From assembly GCF_018977255.1 (NCBI RefSeq), contig NW_024704743.1, forward strand, positions 20,214,001 to 20,278,000: 64,000 nucleotides of DNA, in the 5' to 3' direction. The DNA is from Callorhinchus milii (taxonomy: Eukaryota). A program made the position numbers and the translations under genes. The notes beneath the pieces were generated by a model, which worked only from the letters and a program-made list of their open reading frames with translations, did not search any database and was not told the origin of the DNA. This document shows positions 25,305-38,449 of this stretch, piece after piece; the stretch's first letter is position 1, and each line of letters begins with the position of its first letter.

Positions 25305-25388
25305 CATATAAATGCAAGTTGTTGTTGCAGCTTTTGCTCACTAATTTACTCTAATGATCAATTAATAAAATTAGTTTTCTCATTTTAG

Positions 25389-25735
25389 GAGTTAACTTCA
25401 AGTGGCCAAAGTACAAGCAGTTCATCTCTTGCCAGTCCAACCCCAATTGGGCAAAGTCCAGCTCAGCAGGGATCAGGCCTCATAGCAGTTCAGAAGATCA
25501 ACAGTGTAACTGGAGCACTAGCTAGTGGTTTGCAGACTGTGACTTCCACAATCCCCACAATGTCTTCAGTTGGTGGGTTAATGGGAACCCTATCAGGAAA
25601 CCAGATGGCAGTAAATGGAATTGTAGGTGCATTGAATGGAGTTATCCAGACATCTGAGTCAATAACCCCAAGCACGCTATCGCATACAGCTGTACCACCT
25701 AATTTGACTCTTCCACTGTCCACAAGCTTAAACAG
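25389..25735 (+). CDS. MLLT10: MLLT10 Ser/Gly/Thr-rich coding exon
   Basis: cattttag|GAG TTA ACT...TTA AAC AG|gtaag; 347 nt, phase 0 to 2; ELTSSGQSTSSSSLASPTPIGQSPAQQGSG...GNQMAVNGIVGALNGVIQT... Confidence 0.95.
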
Positions 25736-25934
25736 GTAAGGCTTAAACTTCTTTCATTAGTTTCTGAAATTACTTCATTTTACTGGTAACAAAAGTACTA
25801 TGTGTTCTTGAATCTCCAGCTCTTTTGTATTTGAGTTTCTTGGCATTGATTGATTAAACATCTTGCACAGAATTCACCCCCATTCTTTGTAGCTTTGTTT
25901 GGAAAAAAATTATTGCAGAATTTATTAAGGATTG

Positions 25935-27445
25935 CTCTGTCCTTGATCCCTTCTTTAATATTTCCATGCTCAGTGATGTCATACTGGAATTAATTTCCAT
26001 ATGTATGCCGGTGACACACAACTCTATCTCTCTGCCTCCACCCTTGACCCCAGGACCACTGATGTCCTGGCAGATTCTCTGTTGGACATCAAGGCCTGGA
26101 TGAAAGCTAACTTTCTCCAGTTAAATGGCTTCTGTCAATACCTCTTCACCTCGGCATCACTATTAACGGATGCAGTCTCCATCTCACAGATCCAAAACGG
26201 ACCCTTGGTGTTCTAATCTACCCTCAACTGTCCTTTAAATCCCACATCTGTGCCATGACCTGATACGCCTTTCTCCACCTCGGCAACATTGCCTGACTCC
26301 GTCATTACCTCTCCTGTCAGGCCGCCGAGACCCTCATTCATGCATTTATCAGGCCTAGAGTCAACTACGGTAACTCTGCTCAATGTTCTTCCAAACTGTT
26401 CCCTCCACGAGCTGCAGATTATTCAGAACCTCGCAGCTTGTGTCCTCTCCCACACCAAGCTCTGTCAACTGACCCCACCTTCGCCTGGCTCCCCATCCTC
26501 CAGAAATTCATAACATAACATGTAGGAGCAAGAGTAGGCCATTTGGCCCTTTGAGCCTGCCCCACCATTCAATCATGGCTGATCTTCTAATCTAACTCCA
26601 GCTAATAACCTAACCCTGCCTTATCCCCATATCCCTTAATCCGTTTTGCAATAAGAAATCTATCTATCTCAGTCTTGAATATGTTCAACCACTGAGTGGC
26701 AACAGCCCTTTGGGGTAGTGAGTTCCATACATTCACGACCCTTTGAGTGAAGAAGTTCTTCCTCAACTCAGTGCAAAAGGGCTGGCCTCTGATTTTAAGG
26801 TTGTGACCCCTGGTTTTAGTTTCTCCAACCAGGGGAAACAATCTCCCACTATTTACTCTATCACGCCCTTTGATGATCTTATAGGTTTCTATACGATCCC
26901 CTCTAATTCTTCTATATTCTAGAGAATATAGGCCCAAATTGGTCAGCCTATCCTCATAACTCATCTCCTTCATCCCTGGTACTAACCTAGTAAATCTATG
27001 CTGCACCCCCTCCAAGCCAAGTACGTCCTTCCTTAAATAAGGAGACCAAAACTGCACACAGTATTCCAGGTGTGGTCTCACCAGGGCCCTATACAGTTGC
27101 AAATTCAAGTTTAAAATCATCGTCCTCATTTTAAAGCCTTTCACGGCCTTGCTCCTCCCTATCGCTGCAACCAATGATCACTGTGTCTGCCCCCTCCGCT
27201 CGGTAGACACTAACCTGCACCATGTACCCTGCCCACCTTCAGCTTTTCTGCCCTTACCCTCTAGAACTCCATCCCAGAATCCCTCTGCCTCACCCCCTTT
27301 GCTGTCTCCTTCGAGGCCCATCTCAATACCTTCCTTCCACCTCTTTGATTTCAAACCTCAGCTTGGGTGCAAACCCTCGACCGTCCAACGCCTTGGGGTA
27401 TCCTTCCGACCATGAAGGCAGTATATAAATGTAATTTGTTGTTCA
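25935..27445 (+). mobile_element. Decayed L2 LINE 3' portion (RT C-terminal region to tail), split by the CR1
   Basis: MYAGDTQLYLS (YADD-like) at 26001; LQIIQN motif; tail gaaggcagtatataaatgtaatttgttgtt. Confidence 0.85.
26511..27100 (-). mobile_element. Young 5'-truncated CR1-clade LINE (ORF2 C-terminus plus 3' UTR) inserted in an L2
   Basis: Uninterrupted LYRALVRPHLEYCVQFWSP...RTRGH-like (KTRGH)...FFTQRVVNVWNSLP frame; (ATGTT)n tail; TSD aaattca at 26504-26510 and 27101-27107. Confidence 0.93.
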
Positions 27446-28384
27446 ATAAATAATGTTAACAATGTAACGATTTCAGCACCCCCAAAAGTATAACTCGAGA
27501 ATGCTCTGCTTTTGGAGGAGTACATTTTGAGGTGTTAAGTAATGCCGGGTAAACTATTACCCACCAGGTGGCAGTGTACCCCTCCGTGCTCCCGGCAGCT
27601 CCAGAAACTGCCATTTTTAAAATCCGAAACGTGCAATTTTTTNAATGCAATTTTCAGCCGGTAAAGAGGCCTCAAGTTATTCTGGCTAGGTGAATTCTTA
27701 TTTGGCAGCATGATCAGCCAAGGAAGGGCAAAAACCGTGTTCTTAACAACAACAACAATAAATTACAGTTGTATAGAACCTTTCATGTCGGGAGAACATC
27801 CCAAGGCATTGAATGGGACGTCTTTCTGATCAGGTGGGCCTGAGGTTATAAAACATAAATGTTTAGCTAGGGAGTTTGCAGATCAAAGCTGAAAAATAAA
27901 CATTAATCCCCCCCCCTAAACCGGAGGTCTTTCTACACCCTAAAAGTTGCAAATCATCCGCCTCAGATCCAACAATACTGAGTACTGGATGCTGAGAAGA
28001 AACCACTTGCCTGACGGGGTGCTCCTACTTCTATTGTGGGTGATAGTTTACAACATTAACAACATTTGCGTAGCGGCTTTCATGCTATAAGGCACATAAG
28101 GAGCGCTGCTAATTTATACCCTTAACCTAAGGAACACTGCTAACTTATACCCCACAGGGTGAAAGTCTTGAAATATATTAATCTAGTCCTATAAAAAAAA
28201 TGGAACAAGAGTTGACTTGGTAAATCAAACCTGCTCTACCATGTTATTTTGCAGCTGAATGTCGGCAAGACAGAAGCTATACTCTTTGGCGCCTGTCAAC
28301 GTCTTCTATCCTGTGGCCTGAACTCCTCAATCTCCCCGTGCCCAACTTAGGCGTCGCGTTCGATCACCAGCTTTTTTCCTTCCC

Positions 28385-29350
28385 CCAGTGTTCCTCAGGG
28401 CTCTGTCCTCAGTCCTCTCCTCTTCAACCTCTACATTCTCCATCTTGGTGACATCATCCACAGACATGGGGTCAACCTCCACATATACGCGGATGACACC
28501 CAACTCTATCTCTCTGCCTCCACCCTCAATCCCAGGGCCAGTGATCTCCTAACAGACTGCCGGTCAAACATCAATAATAATAATAATAATAATCCTGGAT
28601 GAGAACCAACTTTCTTCAGTTGAACGTCAGCAAGACCGAGGCTCTCCTGACTGGCTCATGCCAGCGCCTTCACACCAGGCACTGGCAGCATCAGCACCCA
28701 AGGATGTACACTCCACCTCACCAAGCCAGTCAGGAACCTTGGCATTTTGTTCGACCCTCAACTGTCCTTTGTCCCCACACCCGTGCCACGACCTGCTCTG
28801 CCTTCCCCCATCTCTGCAACATTGCCCAACTCCTCCATTGCCTCACCCCTCAGGCTGCCAAAACCCTGAAGATCATCCAGAACTCTGCAGCTTGTGTCCT
28901 CTCTTGCACCAGGCTCCGTGACCCCATCACACCCACCCTCGTCTGGCTCCACTGGCTCCCCATTCCTCAGAGGATCGAGTTCAAAATTCTCATCTTCACC
29001 TTCAAGGCCCTCCATTGCCTTGCCCCCTCCTACCTCTCTGACCTGCTCACCCCTTATCAACCTATCCACACCCTCCGCTTAGCACACTCTGGCCTGCTCC
29101 ATGTCCCCCGCCTCGGGCCTTCAGCCTCTCTGTCCCCACCCTCTGGAACCCCATCCCACATTCCCTTCGCCTTGCTCTTTCCCTTGCCTGCTTCAAGGCA
29201 CACCTCAAGACCCTCCTTTTCGACCGTGCCTTCGGCTAGCCCCCTACCTTCTGATCCCAACCACCCCCCCACCCGCCCAATCCCTGACTGTTCAGCACCT
29301 TAGGACATCCTTCCAATGTGAAAGGCGCTTTACAAATGTAAATTTGCATT
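28385..29350 (+). mobile_element. L2 LINE 3' fragment, followed by a second L2-subfamily 3' end at about 29357-29790
   Basis: VPQGSVL motif; YADDTQLY at 28486-28509; LHWLPIPQRIEFKIL; tail gaaaggcgctttacaaatgt. Confidence 0.9.
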
Positions 29351-29937
29351 GTATTGTACCCCCATTCACACCGGTCCTTGCCAGACTCCACTGGCTCCCA
29401 ATTACCGAATGGATTGATTTCAAGATCCTCTCACTCGTTTTCAAATCCCTTCAAGCCTGGCACCTCCCTACCTATCCAATCTGCTTTCCCCCACTTCACT
29501 CTACCACCCGCTGCCTCCACTCGGCTGGCTTCCTGTTTGTCCCTCGTCCCCTCCATTCCAACATCGGTGGCAGTGCCTTCAGCCACTAAGCCCCGCAACT
29601 CTGGTACTCTCCCTCAATCCCTCCGGCTTACCCCTCCACCTTCAAATCCTAACTAAAGACCTTCCTTTTTGTTCGTGCTTACCATCACCTCCCTCTCCCC
29701 CTGGCTTAGCGTCAGACTCCGCCATTATTGAGTGCTCCAGGACACTACCCTTCGTGAAGATCGCTATTATGTATGCAAGTTGTTGTATTAGTTTTCCTTT
29801 TCCCTGATCTTTTTTCAATATCCTTGCATTCAATCTGTTTTGAAAACCCACAAAACCTGTGAACCAGAACATTTAACTTATTGAAATGTGGATGTTTCAT
29901 ATGCATTATGTTGGCATCTTTTCTGTTTGCTTTGTAG

Positions 29938-30040
29938 CCTTCCTGGACTGGGCTTGCTTTCTGAACAGCAAAGGCAACTCTTACTTCACCAACAACAGCA
30001 ACAGCTTCAACAATTATTACCAGCTCAGCAGCTCACCCCA
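29938..30040 (+). CDS. MLLT10: MLLT10 Gln-rich coding exon
   Basis: gctttgtag|C CTT CCT GGA...ACC CCA|gtaag; 103 nt, phase 2 to 0; LPGLGLLSEQQRQLLLHQQQQQLQQLLPAQQLTP. Confidence 0.94.
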
Positions 30041-30643
30041 GTAAGATCAATGCTATGCTAATAATATTCCTTCCATTTGATATGGTGACTTTCACATTAG
30101 AAGGATGTCTCAAAAGTAATTCACAGGATTTAATATAATGTGTGGTAACTGTATTCTGTAGGGGAATGGGGCAGCCAATTTGACCACAAACATCCATGAA
30201 GTGAGTGAGCAATTTTATTTGGGGGATTATGATGACATTGGGAGAAACTCCCTTTTCTTCTTGAGTAGAGCCAAGGGTTCTTTAACATCTACATGAACAG
30301 GCATAGATGGTACCTCAGTTTAGATCTATCTAAAGGACAGCACCTCCAACAATGCAGCACTCCCCCAGTACTGCATTGGAATATCAGCTTAGACTATGAG
30401 AGTTCAGAGTGCCAACATGGTGCTTCAACCCACAACCTTCTGAATGAGAGGCAAGATTACTGTCACCTGAGCTAGGTGTTCAGAAAAGACATAAGTGTTT
30501 GGCCATCGTTTATCATCTTACTAACACCTGTTATTAATTTTCCACTGCATTCATAACTAATATAATTATGAGAGCCTTATGATGTAAGTTCTGAGAACTC
30601 ATTAATGTGTAATTCATATTTACATTTTTGTCATTAAATCCAG

Positions 30644-30847
30644 GAACAGCATCAGGCTCTGTTTTATCAGTTGATGCAGCAACAGCACCACCAACACCAG
30701 CATGAGCTACAGCAGCTACAAATCCCGGGAACTGCACAGATTCCTCTGAATAACCTGCTGGCAAATACCCAGGCTCAGCCAATTCATTCAGCTCCTCCTA
30801 ACCCTTACATAGCCATTCACAGTGAAGCTACCACACCAAAAGTTGCA
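30644..30847 (+). CDS. MLLT10: MLLT10 Gln/His-rich penultimate coding exon
   Basis: aaatccag|GAA CAG CAT...GTT GCA|gtaagt; 204 nt, phase 0 to 0; EQHQALFYQLMQQQHHQHQHELQQLQIPGTAQIPLNNLLA...PKVA. Confidence 0.94.
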
Positions 30848-31468
30848 GTAAGTTTCTGTTTCTCAACATCAGTTCATACTGAAAGGTTTTATTTTCCAAG
30901 TTGATGTTCAAAGCTGTCAAAATCAGCTGTCAAAGTTATTTTATTTCTAAGATGACATAATGCAGCATGCTTGGCTCACTTTGCTGTGTATACCTAAGCC
31001 CTAAGCATGGACAAGCTCAGGAGCTGCTAATGGACAACCTAGCAAGCCTGCTACACTAATTGAACTGTCTCCATTGTGGATATGGAAACAGTGTGGAAAT
31101 GGGTCATCACCCAAAATACGAATTGGCTACAGTGCCAGTCCCCCTGAGCTGTTAATTCAGTCACTCTGTGTTGGGGGGGAAAATCACATCCTACAACCAT
31201 ACTCAAAGGTGTAACTTTAAAAAAAATGTTTGTACCAGCATCGCACTACCACATGAGGCAACACACATATAGTCAGTATGCAGATATACAACATTCTTTT
31301 GCACTTTAATTTGGATAGCTATCAATTTTTTTTGTTGACTTTTAAGTATTTTAAAGTAATTATACGACTTACAGTGTACAGGAAACCAGTCAATAGATAA
31401 AACATTGATATTTAAATTCATCTGGGTTATGAAGTGAATAACTTTCTATCTTATCCTTTCATTCACAG

Positions 31469-31513
31469 AGGCTTAATGACAAAGGTGGCCCTGGCACACA
31501 GGAAAAAAGTTGA
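31469..31513 (+). CDS. MLLT10: MLLT10 terminal coding exon
   Basis: cctttcattcacag|AGG CTT AAT GAC AAA GGT GGC CCT GGC ACA CAG GAA AAA AGT TGA = RLNDKGGPGTQEKS*, similar to the AF10 C-terminus ...QEKS. Confidence 0.93.
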   Translation, partial: RLNDKGGPGTQEKS

Positions 31514-33240
31514 CACAGGACTTTTAGATTCCGGAATGTGTCTATAGCGTTGTCATAACGGTGTTGCCAGCTGCAGAGTGGATGAATCTTAGTGTGAAGA
31601 AGTTGCTAAAGGACTTTGGCAAACTCACTGGTAGACATCATGTATGAACAATAATACAACCCAAATAATGAGCACTCTTCATAAGACATTCCAATTCTAT
31701 TGAGATTATTTGGTTGACTAGTGTTGTCATCTTCTAACTTGATTGCACTAATATAAAACTAGTTCATGACGTGATACCAAGCATTGAGGAAATGAATTTA
31801 TTTTCAAATTAATCAAATAAGTTTGAACCATTCAGTTTTTGTGCTTGTCTCTTGAACTTTTTTAATGCCGATAATATAATTTTTAAGCAAAAATTTAAGT
31901 CTTTGAATGACAGAAATTTCAATTGTACAAGGATGGTAAGTATTGGTTATGGTTTCGCAGTTGTGATAAACTTTAATTTGTGACAAAAATTAATTTGGAA
32001 TTTGCATCTACCGGGGTGAGCATTGCATGCAGTTTATATGGTATCCTTGTTCCTTTGCTGTGAATGTAGTATGCTTCCAAGACAACTGTTAGCATGGATA
32101 TTCAGTCGTGGTGCAGCAGGCTTCTGAGATTTTTGGCTGCTGGGGACCAGATCAATCTATAAAGTGGAAGAAATGGATTAGTCTGCCACTGGGAAGGATT
32201 CCTTTGAGAGATGTGGTGGCTGTCAGCCTAAACCAAGTGCCTGTTGCTAGGTCCTTTGTGCTGAAATGGCTCTGGACAGCTGAGTATGCACTCTATCACA
32301 ATTTCTGTCACAGCAGCAGGAATTTCCAGTAACACATCATCATCTTCCTCCTTGGAAGGAATTCCTAGCTCTATACCTAGCCAAGACAGTGTGTTCAATA
32401 AAAACAATCTAGAGACCCAACACCTTCCAAGTATCTATCTGGAAGAGTGTTTGGAATTGTGATTTGTCTCAAGGTTGAATGTTGCACAGTTTGTACCTCT
32501 TATCTGTAAATATGCTTTTGTGAGTTTCATTAATTGTGGGAAAAATTGAACTATAAAACATCAATATTTTGGTTTGTTATATTTCTAATTAGCATTTGTG
32601 CAGTTGACTGGAAGAGTATTGTTTTATTAATTTATTTTTATACATGCAGGAGAATTTTAGAAAAATGTTAAAAGACCAACTGGATTTTGTAGATATTTAC
32701 AAAGAAAACATCAGTGTGGTTCATTTTAGATTCTTACTTTCAGCCCACTGGTTATCTGTTCTGTAAGAAACTTTGTACAAATTTTGAAGAAAATTGCTGT
32801 AGTGTTTATTTTACTTAGTTGTAAAATATCAAATGTATTAAAGAATTATATAAAATAATTGCCTCAGCGCTGATTGTTAGTAATGCTGGTACTTGTAGGC
32901 ATAATAGGTCTAATCATATTGTGCGGCTAAAATGGTGACAGTATAGGATGAATTTGGGCAAATGTATCGGACACTACTGCAGCATTTCCTGTGGCCTAAA
33001 CATAATGAATTAATATTTTATTTATTTGTTACTTAAATAATGGTGTTGTATATTAAATATTTTCCGAGTGATTTTTGGATTCCAAAGAAATTCTACTTGT
33101 GTTTTTAACATTTTTTATATGTTCAGCATTTTAGCTGCCTTATTGTACTTGAAAAAAAGTTATCTCTGGAAAGTTAATTCTCTGCATTATAAAAGGAAAA
33201 TTAAATTTTTTATTAAAAAAAATGAAGGAAGAGGTTCATT
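31514..33240 (+). other. MLLT10: Probable MLLT10 3' UTR (end uncertain)
   Basis: Repeat-free AU-rich sequence after the stop; AATAAA at 32397-32402 and ATTAAA motifs near 33200-33217 followed by GT/T-rich sequence; UGUANAUA motifs at 32505 and 32688. Confidence 0.6.
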
Positions 33241-33769
33241 GTTTTGTACATGTACCAAACCTGGCACAAATCTGGTTTGTGGGTAGATCCGGTCTTAAGA
33301 ATGTTGGAATGACAAACTAGCCATCAAATCTGTTCCTTTTCGCAGCTTATGAGCAATTAGATCTGTTGTATTCTATTCAGCTTGTATAATTTTTATGAGT
33401 GAAAATTCTGCAAACGTTTGTCTCCCCCGCCTTCTGACCATTCTTGAGATAAGATTCAGATTATTTGTCTAATCTTACAACTGATATTCAATGTTGAAGT
33501 ACTTTTTAACCAATCACGTTTCCAGAGCTTGAAAACTATTATTCCATGAAGTAATTTGATCATCTCTATTAGTGCTAATCCCCATAAAATCGTTGATCCC
33601 CAATGCCAACTGCATTTAGCTTCATTTTTTAAAGGGATTGAAGTATAGGAGTAACTCCTGCTCACATCCAGTTTCATGTCCACTACACAGAGTAAGGGGA
33701 CTTTTGTTTTCTAATTTCCATTGTCTTTTGAGGGTTGTTAATTTGTACTTTCTGCTACCATTTGTACAT

Positions 33770-34420
33770 TAGAATAGAGAAGATTGACAAGAGATTGGTA
33801 GAGGTCTTTAAAATAATGAGGGGTTTCGATAGAGTGGATACAAAGCAATTGTTTCTTGTGATTTAGTGACTAGAGGGTATTTAAGATAGCAAGGGAGCAA
33901 AAGAAGAGGTAAGTTTTTGTTAGGATGTGGAATGCCTTGCTTGGTGCAGTGCCTGAGACGGGATCCATATCCATATTAGCTTTCAAAAAGGGACGGAACT
34001 CTATAGATAGCTAAAAAGGAATGATTTGCAGGGGTATAGGGAAAGGCAGTAAATGGGACTGAATGGATTGCTATGAAAGCCAACGGACACAATAGACTTA
34101 TTGAACTTATCCTGTGCTGTAAATTTGTATTTTTCTGTGTATCTGTGTGTATAAAAAAAAACTACCTGAATTGTATCCCTTTTTAATTTTCTTAATTACT
34201 AAGTTTAGCTCTTTTAGTATATAATATGGAGCCCTAAATCCTGGAACCATTCTTTTTACTCTTTTCTGAATCTCTGTAGAGCTCTTTGGAGATGTTAGAT
34301 CAGGGTATCAAGGGATACGGAGTCAGTAATTGGAGTTGAGGTACAGGTCAGCCATGATCTTATAGAATGGCAGAACAGACTCGAGCAGCTGAATGGCCTA
34401 TTCTTGTTTCTATGTTCTTG
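33770..34420 (+). mobile_element. Decayed CR1 3' fragments (two pieces)
   Basis: gagattggtagaggtctttaaaataatgaggggtttcgatagagt...ggatgtggaatgccttgc; second tail ggtacaggtcagccatgatc...gaatggcctattcttgttt. Confidence 0.7.
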
Positions 34421-35169
34421 CACTCTCTTTGAATCTATAATACCGGCCTTCGCGTATGTACTGAATGCAATTACTCGGTATGTTTCCATTTTAAAGTGTT
34501 ATAATCTTTGACCTGATCTTTCAGAATCAACTATATCATCAGCCATCATTTTTATCTTGTATATCCTGCCATTTTACTCACTTTGGACTTTCCATTTAAA
34601 GAGGAATGGAGTGTTTTGCAACTCTTATTTAGTCTTCAGGAACCTCATTAAGTAGATGCATAACTAGAGTACTGCACAGTATTCTTCCTTTTAGTGCTGT
34701 TGTCCACAGATATGTTGTGAATTTCCAGGCGTATGTGAATGACACCCAAATCTACGTTTCCATTTTGTCTCAAATCCTAGTCCACTGATGCTCTGCCTGT
34801 CAATATATCAAGGCCTTGATTGAGCATTAATTTCCTGCAGCTTAACATGGACAAAACAGGCCATCCTTCTCTTCCCTTTTTTCACCTCTACAGCATTGCA
34901 CACCAAGCGCTGCTGAAACCCTGAGCCACTTTTTTTTGTTGCCTCCCCCTTCTACTTTCCCAATGTACTCTTTGCTGGTCTCCCCAGTTTCACCATCTTC
35001 AAGGTCCAGCTAATCCAAAACTGTTGCTTCCATCCTCACCTGGCCCAGTTTCTCAAATGGATTGACTGCACCCTTAAAACACCAGCACCTCCCTATTTCG
35101 CTGATTCCCCCTCCACACTCAACCTCGCACACCCTCTGCTCAGCAACCTTGGGCCTGCTGTGTGTTCCA

Positions 35170-35425
35170 AATGGTTGGGCAAGTTTCCTTGCTCCACATT
35201 CCTCTTTACCTAAAAGTAAGCAAGCTTTTCCAGGGGTAATCCCTAATAAAAATACTTTGGTCACTCAATCCACGTCTGTTTGTGGGACGCTGCTGTGCGC
35301 AATTGGCTGCTGCGTTTCAGTCAATATTCAGTCAATTCACTTTACAGTAAATTCTGTGAAGCGCTTTGAGCTGCCTCAAAAAGTCATGATAAGATGCTAT
35401 ATCAATGATGAAGATTGTTATTATT
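35170..35425 (+). mobile_element. 5'-truncated SINE directly following a decayed L2 fragment (about 34700-35170)
   Basis: ttgggcaagtttccttgctccac...gtgggacgctgctgtgcgcaattggctgc...attgttattatt. Confidence 0.8.
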
Positions 35426-38400
35426 GAAGTGCCACGCATCCTGATCTTTGGGACTCCAAATGACTGATTATGCATTTTTTTTTTGGAGTTGAGGTACAGA
35501 TCAGCCGTGATCTAATAGAATGGTGGGACAGGCTCGAGGGGCTGAATGGTCTACTCCTGTTCCTATATATATATATATATATATAATGTGTATTTGAATT
35601 ATATTTATTCCAACAGCTATGTCTAATGTTGAAGTTGAGATGAACTAAATTGATTTCTTATACGTGCTGTTGGACAAAGAAAACTTTTATTGGAATTAAG
35701 CATCAAGAATTATTCTCAGATCCTGGTTATTCTCAATATTGTCATTTGCCATTCACTGCCTAGTTGCTAAGCGACTGAATATTATCAGAACAAGGTCCTT
35801 TGCAGCAAGCCTTTTGTAAGTACAGATATTCTGCTTAGAATACCCTTGTCATGAAAATTAATATTTTGAACTGAGAATCCCAGGATTAATCTATGGGGGC
35901 TTTTCCAAGTCCCAGTTACTTAATTAGAACTATATTATCATGGATAACTATCCTGTTTCCTATTATCTAGCCAATTAATAATCCAATTTATAGCTCCCAT
36001 CTTATTTCCCACGAGCTTTACATTTAGTTATAGCTCCTATAAGGGACTGAACTTTTCTTAAAGTTGAGAAAGCATAAATTTCCACCACTTGAACCATTTT
36101 TCACAAAGGTTCATTCTCAAAGAAAGTATTTAGATGCATTCTAAGGATTTTGTTTACTTTTTAAATGTAGATGAATTGCTTTGTGTGGAATGGTATTTCA
36201 ATGCTTTCCCACTATTGTCAAGTAAATGACTATAATTCCCAAGATCATTCACTTGACCTTTTTTAAAGATTGAAATTCATATTTCAGAGTTGTGGTACAT
36301 ACTCTCATCCTAAACTGTGTAACATTTCCCACCCACCACACACACACACACAGCCACAGCTTTGCCCTGTTTTAGTGCTTTATTGCATTCCATCTAGCAA
36401 TTTTGTTTATTTCAATAATGTTTAATTTTCTTTAAATGAATCTTTAGTAGAAGAGCACAGTGTTTCTAATCCTCTAACTCTGAGTGCACCTCTGACAAGA
36501 GCATTAACAGTATATCTTAAGTAGTCGTGTGAGCTTTGGCCATTAGTGCTAAACTGAATTAAAACCACTTTAGGTTGGTACATTTCACCAAGTGCATCAG
36601 ATGTTTTCCTTATTTTTAAAAGGTTCTGAAATTATGCCCTCCTGGTTTGAGCATTCATTTTCAAAGAGTATGGGGTATTTTCTGTACAGTGCACATCAAA
36701 TATCTATTGTTCCACCTGTACTTGGAATAGAACTGAGAAATTTGCAGGATAGGTTGGTGTACAGTGGGTCTGAGACTAAGTAAGATGGATTCAGATCCTT
36801 GTAAATTCACTATCGTGGATGATCAAGAAAGATCAAATTACAGGACATTTAATTTTAAAAAGACCATTTATGCATTAATATGCAAGATCATGTAGAATTC
36901 AAGTGCTCTGAGATGCTACCTGCATGGAGGGACCTATATAAATGCATGTTGTTGTAGTTGAATTGTGGAGAATTCTTAAATGTAATCTTAATTTTGAACC
37001 AACTTCTAAATTATGATTGATCTGAAATTTTAAGAATGTTTTTGTAGGTTGAGTAGGTGGAATTTGGGGCCCTGGGGACCAGAAGACGATATATACTTAC
37101 TTACCTGTTCTTTGCTGTTTCTGAATTAAAATAGAAAGCTCCTTGAGACCTATTAAGTATGTCAGCCAAATAAGACTAAAGAGGGTGTGTAGGACAGATG
37201 TTTGGCACTAATGATAAAGGCTAGTTTGAACACCAGCCAAGACATACTGATCTCTCTGAAGCAGAATATAAAACCAAGTCTTATGTAGCTTGGGACACAT
37301 GGCATGTCAAATCCTTAACAGCTAACAATAGAGGCAAATCCTTGCATGATGAAGGAATTTTATGTATGTATGAGGGGGAGAGAGAAAAAAGGAAACGTTC
37401 TTGTGTGGTTTATGAACTGTATAACCACTGAGCTACAGGACTCCACATCTACCTTTCATCCATGCTTTAAGTTCACTTACCTCACCCCAAACACAACCAA
37501 AAACCTCATTAATGCATTTGTTACTGGCAGACTAGATTTCTCCAACAAGTGTTCAAATAGTCTGCAGGCACAAGTTCCAGTTCCTTATGTATGCGGAAAC
37601 ATACCTGGCTCAGGAATTGGACCAGCAAGCTTGCTTCCTCTCTCTGCTAAAAACCCATCTCTTTGTGCTATTAGCCATCTTCTCTTCCCCACACTCAAGG
37701 ACACATACTTCGTTCCCAACTTCACTACCATTCAGTCACAGTAAGGTGCTCTAAGGTGTTCTCCTACTTTGTTTCACAAAAATTGTGCTAATATTTTGCT
37801 GTGTTGCTTCATGGTCCTGGCCAAATAAAATTGATCATTCTTTCGCAGCTGTTTGTAGGACGTTGCTGCGCACGATTAGGCTGTCATATTTACCTACAGA
37901 TCCAGTCACTCTACTTCACAGTAACAACTTGCATTTATACACACAACGTAGCGCCTGAGACCACTTGTAACATCGTGAAACACTTTCAGATGTGAAAACT
38001 ATTACACCACACATAAGGTTTATTATAGCAGACAAAGTTTAAAGTGAATTCTACCAGCATTGTGGCCATTTCATGCTCTTTGGAATAAGGTTGAAAGTTA
38101 ACATTTCCAACTTTTGGTATTGTCATCCTATATAAAATTTTATAACTTGGAAGAAGTAAGATTGATGCACATGACAAGAAGTTAAACATTCTATCTTTGC
38201 GATGGGCATTTGACAAACAATCCCAATCAACCATCTTCTCCTTTTCTCACTGACTGATTTGACAGCAGAACTTGAAGATGATGACTGGTGCTGTTTTACA
38301 TTTTTAAAAATGCTGCGTGTGTTCCAGGCTGCATTCAAGTGACACCTACAGGTGAAGAAGTTCATTTGCCTATTTACGTTTAATAACTGAGGAAAGCTGT

Positions 38401-38449
38401 ACCAAAGTAAAGCAATCTAACCTCCAAAGTTATCCACTTATTAACTTCC

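Noticed and set aside
26602..27174. 190-aa minus-strand ORF as a host gene
   Set aside because: CR1 ORF2 C-terminus fused by chance to antisense L2 sequence across the TSD
28599..29303. 234-aa ORF (similarly 40949-41617, 51405-51884 and 51666-52145)
   Set aside because: Frameshift mosaics of decayed L2 ORF2; no intact RT or endonuclease
30848..30904. Read-through extension of the MLLT10 penultimate exon (VSFCFSTSVHTERFYFPS*)
   Set aside because: A strong gtaagt donor at 30848 and a well-matching terminal exon at 31469 explain the structure; there is no evidence for intron retention
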